The notes under the pieces: model-generated
What the model saw: only the letters and a program-made list of their open reading frames with translations
What the model was told of the DNA's origin: nothing
Databases searched by the model: none
Program-made: the position numbers and the translations under genes
Shown: piece after piece, positions 20,266-28,213 of the stretch
Layout: each line of letters starts with the position of its first letter
Numbering within the stretch: the stretch's first letter is position 1
DNA from: Candidatus Woesebacteria bacterium RBG_13_46_13
GTDB lineage: Bacteria; Patescibacteriota; Microgenomatia; UBA8517
Assembly (NCBI GenBank): GCA_001791995.1
Contig: MGFR01000001.1
Location: forward strand, 177,148-241,147
Direction: 5' to 3'
DNA length: 64,000 nucleotides

Positions 20266-22479
20266 ATGGATTTCAAGAGCTTTTTATCAGGCGAAAAATT
20301 GGGAGCAAAGGAGCATTACTGGGCTTTGGTTATTGAGCCCGGTTGGATCCAAGCGGGCATATGGGAAATAGCAGGAGATAAGGCAGAGGTGACCTCGGTA
20401 AGCCCCCCTGCAGCTTGGGAGGTAGAAGAAGAAATAATCGGGGCGGCAGACACGGCCCTTTCGGCAGCAGTACAGAATTTACCTGAGGATATCGGTGAGC
20501 CTTCAAAAACCGTATTTGGAGTTCCAACTTCCTGGGTTTCCGAAGGACAGATAAAAGCAGAACACCTGGAAAAGATTAAAAGAATCTGTTCGGAGCTTTC
20601 ACTGGAGCCTTCCGGTTTCGTAGTTTTACCCGAGGCAATAGCCCATCATGTTAAGTCCGAAGAGGGAGCTCCCCTTAATGCCGTGGTTATCGGCGTTGGC
20701 GATGAAAACATTGAAATATCCGTCTTTAAACTGGGGAATTTGGTGGGAAACTCCGTGGTGGCCAGAAGCGTCTCGATCGCCGATGATGTTGCCGAGGGCC
20801 TGGCGAGATTTTCCGGAAGCGAAGCGCTTCCCTCAAGGCTCCTGCTTTATGACGGCAAAGAAGGAGAACTCGAAGAAGTCAGACAAAATCTCTTAAAGGT
20901 TTCTTGGGAAGAGCAGGAAAAAGTAAAATTCCTACACACTCCCAAGGTAGAGATTGTGGACCCCGACACCAAGGTTTTGGCAACGGCTCTGGCCGGAGCC
21001 TCGGAAATAGCTAACGTTTCCAGTGTCGAGTCCACCAAAAAAGAGTATGAGGAGGAAGAGGGAGAAATTCCGCCCGAGACCGAAAACGTCGGCAAACCGG
21101 ATGGGGGCATCAATGCCGAGGATTTGGGTTTTGCGATAGGGGAAGATGTTGCCAAAAAGCCCGGAGCGCCCAGCCCCGAGACAACGCAAGCCCTTCCCAC
21201 ACAAAACGCCCCGCAACCTTCGAGACCAGCCCCGCCCGCGACCTTACCAAAAGGTTTTGAGGTTGGACGATTCTTCGCTAGGGTGAAAAATTTTCTGGTA
21301 TCACTATTGCCCACCAAGACGATCCAAACAGGATTCCCCGCCCCAGGCAAAAGAGTATTTGCCTTGGGTCTAGGATTTTTTGTATTTCTGATAATTTTGA
21401 GCTTTGTTCTTTGGTGGTATCTGCCCAAGGCCGTGGTTTCTATTTATGTTTCCCCTAAAAACATCGAGCAAAAGACGGATGTGGTTTTTGACACCACTGT
21501 CTCCAGTCCGGATTTGGCCAGCGCGGTAATACCTGCGCAGATAGACAAGACGGAAGTTTCCGGGGATAAGACAAAATCAACGACCGGAACCAAGGTAGTC
21601 GGAGAGAAGGCCAAAGGGAGTGTCAAGATTCGTAACGGCACAGCCAGCAACATTAATCTTGCGGTCGGTACCATTTTGGCAGGAACAAATGACCTTAAAT
21701 TTAGCATCAATTCCGCAGCTTCCGTATCGGCTGCACTTTCTCCTTCCGAGCCGGGTACGGCAACGGTTGATGTTTCGGCTGTAGATATCGGTTCGCAATA
21801 CAATCTTGGCAAAGACGAAACCTTTAAAGTGGGCAATTACCCCAAAGCGGATGTTGACGCGGTTGCGCTTTCGGATTTTTCCGGAGGTACCAGTCGGGAG
21901 ATTTCCGCCGTTTCCGAGGACGACCAAAAGGGATTGGAAGAGGAGTTGACCGCCGAGCTTTTGGATAAAGCCAAGCAATCTCTTTCCCAGGAGGTGGGAG
22001 AGGATAAATTGTTTATTGAGGACAGTCTCACTCCAACTGTCGGGTCGAAATCCTTCAGCAACAAGGTGGGAGATGAAGCCTCAACCCTCAAGCTCTCTTT
22101 GGATCTAAAAGTCAGCGGAATTGCGGTCGACAAAAAGATGTTTTACGAGTTTGCCAGAGAAACGTTGAAAGAAAAAGTACCTTCAGGGTTTGTCTTAAGA
22201 GACGAACAGTTAAAAAACAGATTTGTGCTTATTGACGAGAACAAGGGCGTATACGAAATGGAGGCGGTAATTGCTGCAAACCTTCTGCCGGAGTTAAAAA
22301 TTGATGAGATTGCCAAGAATATTTCAGGGAGATCCAGCGTTGTTGCCGAAAGATACCTTTCCTCCATCCCCGGATTTAGCCGGGCGGAAATTAAAATCAA
22401 ACCCCCGCTTTTTGGCAAGCTTAAGGTGTTGCCGAGAATAACGAAGAACATTCAGATAGAAGTTGCTGCCGAAAGATAA
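20266..22479 (+). CDS. Large bitopic protein: N-terminal actin-fold ATPase-like domain (FtsA/PilM-like), Pro-rich linker, one TM helix, roughly 350-aa extracytoplasmic beta-rich domain
   Basis: Sugar-kinase/actin-fold-like segments (HYWALVIEPGWIQAGIW; LNAVVIGVGDENIEISVF); linker PSPETTQALPTQNAPQPSRPAPPATLP; TM VFALGLGFFVFLIILSFVLWWYL. Confidence 0.5.
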   Translation: MDFKSFLSGEKLGAKEHYWALVIEPGWIQAGIWEIAGDKAEVTSVSPPAAWEVEEEIIGAADTALSAAVQNLPEDIGEPSKTVFGVPTSWVSEGQIKAEHLEKIKRICSELSLEPSGFVVLPEAIAHHVKSEEGAPLNAVVIGVGDENIEISVFKLGNLVGNSVVARSVSIADDVAEGLARFSGSEALPSRLLLYDGKEGELEEVRQNLLKVSWEEQEKVKFLHTPKVEIVDPDTKVLATALAGASEIANVSSVESTKKEYEEEEGEIPPETENVGKPDGGINAEDLGFAIGEDVAKKPGAPSPETTQALPTQNAPQPSRPAPPATLPKGFEVGRFFARVKNFLVSLLPTKTIQTGFPAPGKRVFALGLGFFVFLIILSFVLWWYLPKAVVSIYVSPKNIEQKTDVVFDTTVSSPDLASAVIPAQIDKTEVSGDKTKSTTGTKVVGEKAKGSVKIRNGTASNINLAVGTILAGTNDLKFSINSAASVSAALSPSEPGTATVDVSAVDIGSQYNLGKDETFKVGNYPKADVDAVALSDFSGGTSREISAVSEDDQKGLEEELTAELLDKAKQSLSQEVGEDKLFIEDSLTPTVGSKSFSNKVGDEASTLKLSLDLKVSGIAVDKKMFYEFARETLKEKVPSGFVLRDEQLKNRFVLIDENKGVYEMEAVIAANLLPELKIDEIAKNISGRSSVVAERYLSSIPGFSRAEIKIKPPLFGKLKVLPRITKNIQIEVAAER

Positions 22480-22491
22480 TTCTCTTCCTAA

Positions 22492-23184
22492 ATGAATAAA
22501 AAAGTATTTTATAAAATAGCAGCGGTTGTTTCCGCGATATCGGGACTTATCATCTTGGCGGCGGTTATGCTGCCGATTTTAAGCTATGAAAACTCTTCCG
22601 CCAAACTGTACCCAAAACTTATCAGTCCCCTGACCCCGAATAAGGTACTTTCGGGGGAGGCCCAAAACCTGGATTACACCAAGGCTTCAAACTGGTTTCC
22701 CGCCGCCGCTTCTAAAGAAAAATTTATCTCCAGCAATATTTCTTTCTATACCCTGAGTATTTCCAAGCTGAAGATTGAAAATGCCAGCGTTGCCATCGGC
22801 GGAGAAGACTTGGCCAAGAGTCTGATTCAATATCCCGGTACGGCCTTACCCGGCAGACCCGGTAACTCGGTAATTTTCGGGCACTCGATTCTCCCCATTT
22901 TTTATAATCCCAAAGATTATATTTCGATTTTTTCAACTCTCCCCAGTTTAAAAAAGGGAGACGATATTGAAGTAAACTACGACGGGGCCACCTATAAATA
23001 CAAAGTCGAAAATCTATTTGAAGTATTACCCTCCGATATCCAGGTTTTGGAACAGGACTCAACAGACTCGTTTCTGACGCTGGTTACTTGTGTTCCGCCG
23101 GGGGACCCCAGAAAACCTAAAAGGTTGATAGTCAGGGCCAGGATAGTTCCTTTAAAGGAGGCAAATGAAGTACTTGGGCGTTGA
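22492..23184 (+). CDS. Sortase-family transpeptidase
   Basis: N-terminal TM anchor, conserved His (VIFGHS), catalytic TLVTC motif and downstream Arg (RLIVRAR). Confidence 0.75.
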   Translation: MNKKVFYKIAAVVSAISGLIILAAVMLPILSYENSSAKLYPKLISPLTPNKVLSGEAQNLDYTKASNWFPAAASKEKFISSNISFYTLSISKLKIENASVAIGGEDLAKSLIQYPGTALPGRPGNSVIFGHSILPIFYNPKDYISIFSTLPSLKKGDDIEVNYDGATYKYKVENLFEVLPSDIQVLEQDSTDSFLTLVTCVPPGDPRKPKRLIVRARIVPLKEANEVLGR

Positions 23185-23545
23185 TTATGGCAGGAGCAAA
23201 GTCGGGATTTCCCTGGCGGTGGCGGGTTTGGCTGAACCTTATCGCGTAATCAGATATCAAGATTTAAATACACTCAAAGGACAGATTGCTGAGATTGTTA
23301 AAAAAGAAGAAATAGATAAGATAGTGGTTGGGGTCTCCGAGGGAAAGTCGAAAGAGGAAGCGGAAGATTTCGGTAAAAACTTAAGCGTTGATGCTCCGGT
23401 TGTCTTTTTTGACGAAACTCTTTCAACCCAGCTGGCCCAGGCGCTCTCCCGGGAAGCCGGGGTAAAGAGGAAAAAAAGAAAAGCACTCGAGGATGCTTTT
23501 GCCGCAAGCGTTATGTTACAATCCTTCTTAGACAGCAATGTTTAA
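23165..23545 (+). CDS. ruvX: Holliday-junction-resolvase-like nuclease YqgF/RuvX
   Basis: YLGVDYGRSKVGISLA N-terminal RNase H-fold motif; about 126 aa; conserved neighbourhood with mltG downstream of alaS. Confidence 0.75.
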   Translation: MKYLGVDYGRSKVGISLAVAGLAEPYRVIRYQDLNTLKGQIAEIVKKEEIDKIVVGVSEGKSKEEAEDFGKNLSVDAPVVFFDETLSTQLAQALSREAGVKRKKRKALEDAFAASVMLQSFLDSNV

Positions 23546-23738
23546 AAATGTAATAGCCCCAATCCAGGCTTGGCTGCTTTCGCAGGGAAGATGCGTGGGT
23601 TGCGGCAGGGAACTCTCCCTTGCCAAAAAAGAGAACAGGCGGGATGGAACTCAAAAAGCAACTTGCGCCTGCGGCCGTATTTTTATCTTCGACCCCAAGA
23701 CCAAAAGATACCGACGCGCTCTTCTGGAAGAAGTTTAG
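23538..23738 (+). CDS. Small zinc-ribbon protein (CxGCG...CxCG), hypothetical
   Basis: 66 aa with two Cys pairs 22 residues apart; positionally like the small gene between yqgF and yceG in other bacteria. Confidence 0.4.
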   Translation: MFKNVIAPIQAWLLSQGRCVGCGRELSLAKKENRRDGTQKATCACGRIFIFDPKTKRYRRALLEEV

Positions 23739-23741
23739 AGG

Positions 23742-24716
23742 ATGAAGAAATACATCGCCCTGCTTGCCCTTGTTGTAGTCTTAATTGGGCTACTTTCTGC
23801 CGCGAATTATTGGTGGCAGAATACGTCTAAACCCGTCAGTAATCAGAGAGAAGATGTTGATTTTTTGATTACTAAAGGAAGTTCTGCTGGCAAGGTCGGG
23901 CTTCAACTTCAGCAAGAAGGTTTAATTCGCTCAGCCACCGCTTTCAGGCTTTATGTTCAGCTGACCGGGAAATCCAAAAGTATCCAGGCGGGGGAATATA
24001 GCCTTTCGGCGAATTACTCTCTGATTAAAATGGTTGATATTCTTTCCAAAGGGCCGATAGAAGTCTGGGTGACGATTCCGGAAGGGCTAAGGCGGGAAGA
24101 GGTTGCCTTAAGATTTGCCGACGGATTGGGCAAGAAAGACAAGGGGCCCTTTGTCGAGGAATTTTTAAGTTCTTCAAAGGGAAAAGAGGGTTATCTTTTC
24201 CCAGATACCTACCTTTTCCCCAAAACGGGCACCGCCCAACAGGTTGTTAATAAAATGCTGACAACTTTTGACAACAAAATAGAACCGTTTACCAAAGATA
24301 TTTCCCCCTCGTCCTTGTCTAAAAACGAAATTGTTACCCTGGCCTCGATTGTAGAAAGAGAGTCCAGATCCGACTCGGAAAGGCCAGTTGTTGCCGGCAT
24401 TCTATTAAACAGAATCGATATCGGCATGGGGCTTGGAGCCGATGCTACTGTCCAGTATGCGGTGGGGACTGCCGAAAATTGGTGGCCGATTCTGTCCAAA
24501 GACGATTTGGCAACGGCTTCCCCATATAATACCTATAGATTCCGCGGACTACCCCCAACACCTATCGCCAACCCGGGAATCTCTTCTTTGCGCGCGGCGA
24601 TTTTTCCCGAGGAGTCCGATTATCTCTACTACCTGCACGACGCAAAAGGACAGATATATTACGCTACAACACTTGCCCAGCACAACGAAAACATACGCAA
24701 GTACTTGGGTAAGTAA
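23742..24716 (+). CDS. mltG: Endolytic murein transglycosylase MltG (YceG family)
   Basis: N-terminal TM, then a YceG domain (GEYSL, VTIPEG..REE motif region, LYYLH near the C-terminus). Confidence 0.85.
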   Translation: MKKYIALLALVVVLIGLLSAANYWWQNTSKPVSNQREDVDFLITKGSSAGKVGLQLQQEGLIRSATAFRLYVQLTGKSKSIQAGEYSLSANYSLIKMVDILSKGPIEVWVTIPEGLRREEVALRFADGLGKKDKGPFVEEFLSSSKGKEGYLFPDTYLFPKTGTAQQVVNKMLTTFDNKIEPFTKDISPSSLSKNEIVTLASIVERESRSDSERPVVAGILLNRIDIGMGLGADATVQYAVGTAENWWPILSKDDLATASPYNTYRFRGLPPTPIANPGISSLRAAIFPEESDYLYYLHDAKGQIYYATTLAQHNENIRKYLGK

Positions 24717-24725
24717 AGATAACCC

Positions 24726-24754
24726 TTGACAGGGTCCTTTCTTTTTGTATAATC
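24726..24754 (+). promoter_or_regulatory. Consensus sigma70 promoter TTGACA-17-TATAAT upstream of rpoB
   Basis: Perfect hexamers at 24726-24731 and 24749-24754 with a 17-nt spacer. Confidence 0.6.
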
Positions 24755-24760
24755 CCATTA

Positions 24761-24778
24761 GGCGTAGGAAACTACGCC
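24761..24778 (+). other. GNRA-tetraloop hairpin GGCGTAG-GAAA-CTACGCC in the rpoB leader
   Basis: Perfect 7-bp stem with a GAAA loop, starting 7 nt after the -10. Confidence 0.5.
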
Positions 24779-24806
24779 CCCTCTTCGTCTAATAGAGGGG
24801 ATTTTT
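24779..24806 (+). terminator. Terminator/attenuator-like hairpin CCCCTCT-N9-AGAGGGG followed by ATTTTT in the rpoB leader
   Basis: GC-rich 6-7 bp stem directly followed by a T5 run, 15 nt before the rpoB ATG. Confidence 0.4.
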
Positions 24807-24820
24807 GTGTTTAGTCGCTA

Positions 24821-27800
24821 ATGACCACCACAAACAATACCCAACATAGGATTTTTGGCAAAGAAGAAAAGAATCTACCCACTCTTGATCTTTCTTTGGT
24901 GCAGAGAGAATCTTGGGAATGGTTTTTGGGAGAAGGGATTGCTTTAGAACTTGTTGAAATTTCCCCGATTGATGATTTTACCGGTAAAAATTGGCAACTC
25001 AAATTAGGCGAGCATGCCTTAGGTCTTCCGACAATTGCTCCCCGCGTTGCTCAGCAAAAGGGAATTACCTACTCCTCTCCTTTAAAGATTAACGCCACCT
25101 TGGTAAATAAAAAGACCGGCAAGGAGGTCTCGCAGGAGGTATTTTTGGGAGATCTTCCCCAGATGACGTCCCGTGGGACTTTCATTATTAACGGAATTGA
25201 AAGGGCGGTTATTAACCAGATAGTCAGAAGCCCCGGAGTTTATTTTTCAGGGGAACTCGATGCCTCCAGCGGCAGAATGCTTTATAAAGCCGAAGTCAGG
25301 CCCCTGCACGGTTCTTGGCTGGAGTTTGAAGTTGCCAGGAACGATGTGTTGGCCGCCAGGATAGACAGAAGGAGAAAAGTGCTGGCAACCGTTTTCTTAA
25401 GGGCCTTGGGGATAGAGACGGACGCGGATATTCTGGAGTTCTTCAAAGAGACAGACAAAAACGCCCAGCATCACTACATCGAGGCCACTCTGGCCAAAGA
25501 TTCAACCAAGAGTAAAGAGGAAGCCCTTTTGGAGATTTATCGAAAGATGAGACCAGGGGAACCAGCGGTTTTGGAAAATGCGGAAACACTATTTACCTCG
25601 TTATTCCTTGAACCCAGACGCTACGACTTGGGGAAGGTCGGCAGATTCAAAATCAACAAAAGGTTAAGCCTGACCTTACCCAATGAAAAATCTACCTGGA
25701 TTCTTACCAGACAGGATGTCGTGGGAGCCATTAAATATCTCATCGGCCTGCAAAACGGGGAAGGTAGGGTGGACGATATTGACCATTTGGCCAACCGACG
25801 TCTAAGGCGGGTGGGAGAGTTGGTCGCGGTCAACGCATTTAGGGTAGGGCTTTTAAGAATGGAACGCTCGGTCAAGGAAAAAATGAGTCTGATTTCACCG
25901 GACGACAGACCGCTTCCGGCGACCTTAATAAATGCGCGCCCGCTTATTGCTTCCCTGAATGAATTTTTCAGGTCGAATCAGCTTTCAACCATACTTGATG
26001 ACACCAACCCTCTTTCCGAAATCGATAACTTAAGAAGGGTTTCGGTCTTGGGCCCCGGCGGAATCAATCGGGAAAGGGCCTCATTCTCCATTCGGGACGT
26101 TAATTCCTCTCAATACTCAAAAATAGACCCCGTTCGTTCTCCCGAAGGACCCAATATCGGACTGGTTACTTACTTGGCTCTTTATGCCCGAGTCAACGAG
26201 TTCGGGTTTATCGAAGCTCCGTACAGAAAAGTTCAAAAGATAAAAAGAGGTAACAAAATTCTAATCAAAGTAACGGATGAGATAATTTTTGTTACGGCCG
26301 ACGATGAGGAAGATTTCCATATCACCCATTCGGGGGTGGAGATTGACGCCAGAGGTTATATAGTAGGCCCCAGAGTCCCCTTCAGGTTTAAGGGTACATT
26401 CACCGAAGGACCGGTCGAACTTATTGATTTGATAGACGTTACCCCCCGTCAGGTGGTGGGTGCCTCGGCCGCCTTAATTCCGTTCTTGTCGCACGATGAA
26501 GGTAACCGTGCCCTGATGGGCTCCAATATGCAATGTCAGGCGGTTCCCCTGGTTTCCCCCGAATCCCCAGTGGTAGGAACCGGAACGGAGATAGAAATTG
26601 CCCAGGCGATGGGCAGAGTAGTCAGGGCCCGCCACGCCGGAACCGTTGAATATGCCGACGGAGAAAGAATAGAGGTCAAACTTAGCCAAAAAGTGGAGAA
26701 CGACAACCATTATGAGGATATTGAAATTGCCGAAGGCGGTAAAAAAGAAATTTATCACCTGACCAAATTCAAAAGAACCGCCCATTCAACCTGTTACAAC
26801 CAAAGAGTCCGGGTTATCACCGGCGATAAGGTAAAGCCGGGCGAGCTTCTGGCCGATGGGCCGGCCGCGGAAAAGGGAGAGCTTGCCTTGGGCAGGAATT
26901 TGGTTATCGCCTACAGCAATTTCGGAGGATACGGATTTGAAGACGCAATTTTGGTCTCCGACAGGTTAGTCAAAGATGATTCCTTAACCTCGATTCACAT
27001 CGAAGAATATGAAGCAGATGTGGTGGATACTAAGCTTGGCCCCGAAGAGTTGACTCGGGATATCCCCAATGTTGCGGAAACCGAACTGGCAAATTTGGCC
27101 GAAGACGGAATAGTGGTCATCGGTGCGGAGGTCGGACCCAACGACATTTTGGTCGGTAAGATTGCCCCGAAGGGAGAGACCGAGCTGACTTCGGAGGAAA
27201 GGCTATTAAGAGCCATTTTCGGAGAGAAAGCCAGAGAGGTCAGAGATACCTCCCTCAGGGTTCCCCACGGAGAGCGCGGAATTGTGGTTGACGTTTCAAT
27301 ACTGGATAAAGACAAAGGGGACGAGCTAGGCCCGGGAGTGATTAAGAAAGTGATTGTTAAAGTCGCCCAGATGAGGAAGATTACGGTGGGAGATAAGGTT
27401 GCCGGACGCCACGGCAATAAGGGTGTAATTTCCAAAATCATGCCGGTTGCGGATATGCCCTATCTTGAGGACGGAACGCCGGTTGATATTATCATCTCAC
27501 CCCTTTCGGTCCTGGCCCGAATGAACCTCGGACAGCTTCTGGAATGCCATTTGGGGTGGGCTCTCTCCAAGAAAGGCCAAAAGGCCTATCTTCCGGTCTT
27601 CGAGAAGATAAAAGAGGATGTCATCGAAAAAGAATTGAAAGAAGCCGGCCTGCCGGTTACGGGAAAGGCCAGGCTCTGTGACGGTAGAACCGGAGAGCCT
27701 TTTAAAGAGGATACGGTAGTTGGAATCAGCTACATCATGAAACTTATCCACATGGTTGAGGACAAAACACATGCGCGCTCGACCGGTCCGTATTCTTTGG

Positions 27801-28213
27801 TTACACAGCAGCCATTGGGAGGCAAAGCCCAAATGGGAGGTCAGCGTTTAGGGGAAATGGAAGTTTGGGGACTCGAAGCCCACAGGGCAGCCTATACTTT
27901 GCAGGAGATGCTGACCATAAAATCCGACGATGTGGTCGGCCGCGCCAGAGCCTTTGAGGCCATAGTTAAAGGCGTGGATATTCCCGAATCCACGGTTCCC
28001 GAATCGTTTAAAGTTTTGGTCAGAGAACTTAATTCCTTGGGGCTTGGAGTTGAGGCCAGGGGAGCGGTTATGGCCAAAGATTTGGGAGGCGAAGAAGGGG
28101 AGAAGGGAACCGAGTTGGCCAAGGCGGCCGGGGCGGAAGTGGTCGCAACCGCGGAGTTGGTTAGTCCGGTGGGGACAATGGAGGTAGAAGAGGTAAAGGA
28201 GGCAACAAGCTAA
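24821..28213 (+). CDS. rpoB: DNA-directed RNA polymerase subunit beta
   Basis: 1130 aa with universally conserved beta-subunit blocks (e.g. GDKVAGRHGNKGV, NMQRQAVPL-like region). Confidence 0.97.
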   Translation: MTTTNNTQHRIFGKEEKNLPTLDLSLVQRESWEWFLGEGIALELVEISPIDDFTGKNWQLKLGEHALGLPTIAPRVAQQKGITYSSPLKINATLVNKKTGKEVSQEVFLGDLPQMTSRGTFIINGIERAVINQIVRSPGVYFSGELDASSGRMLYKAEVRPLHGSWLEFEVARNDVLAARIDRRRKVLATVFLRALGIETDADILEFFKETDKNAQHHYIEATLAKDSTKSKEEALLEIYRKMRPGEPAVLENAETLFTSLFLEPRRYDLGKVGRFKINKRLSLTLPNEKSTWILTRQDVVGAIKYLIGLQNGEGRVDDIDHLANRRLRRVGELVAVNAFRVGLLRMERSVKEKMSLISPDDRPLPATLINARPLIASLNEFFRSNQLSTILDDTNPLSEIDNLRRVSVLGPGGINRERASFSIRDVNSSQYSKIDPVRSPEGPNIGLVTYLALYARVNEFGFIEAPYRKVQKIKRGNKILIKVTDEIIFVTADDEEDFHITHSGVEIDARGYIVGPRVPFRFKGTFTEGPVELIDLIDVTPRQVVGASAALIPFLSHDEGNRALMGSNMQCQAVPLVSPESPVVGTGTEIEIAQAMGRVVRARHAGTVEYADGERIEVKLSQKVENDNHYEDIEIAEGGKKEIYHLTKFKRTAHSTCYNQRVRVITGDKVKPGELLADGPAAEKGELALGRNLVIAYSNFGGYGFEDAILVSDRLVKDDSLTSIHIEEYEADVVDTKLGPEELTRDIPNVAETELANLAEDGIVVIGAEVGPNDILVGKIAPKGETELTSEERLLRAIFGEKAREVRDTSLRVPHGERGIVVDVSILDKDKGDELGPGVIKKVIVKVAQMRKITVGDKVAGRHGNKGVISKIMPVADMPYLEDGTPVDIIISPLSVLARMNLGQLLECHLGWALSKKGQKAYLPVFEKIKEDVIEKELKEAGLPVTGKARLCDGRTGEPFKEDTVVGISYIMKLIHMVEDKTHARSTGPYSLVTQQPLGGKAQMGGQRLGEMEVWGLEAHRAAYTLQEMLTIKSDDVVGRARAFEAIVKGVDIPESTVPESFKVLVRELNSLGLGVEARGAVMAKDLGGEEGEKGTELAKAAGAEVVATAELVSPVGTMEVEEVKEATS

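Noticed and set aside
22380-22479. LPRIT near the C-terminus of the 737-aa protein as a sortase recognition motif
   Set aside because: It is not LPXTG-like in the critical positions, and it is not followed by a hydrophobic anchor and positively charged tail.
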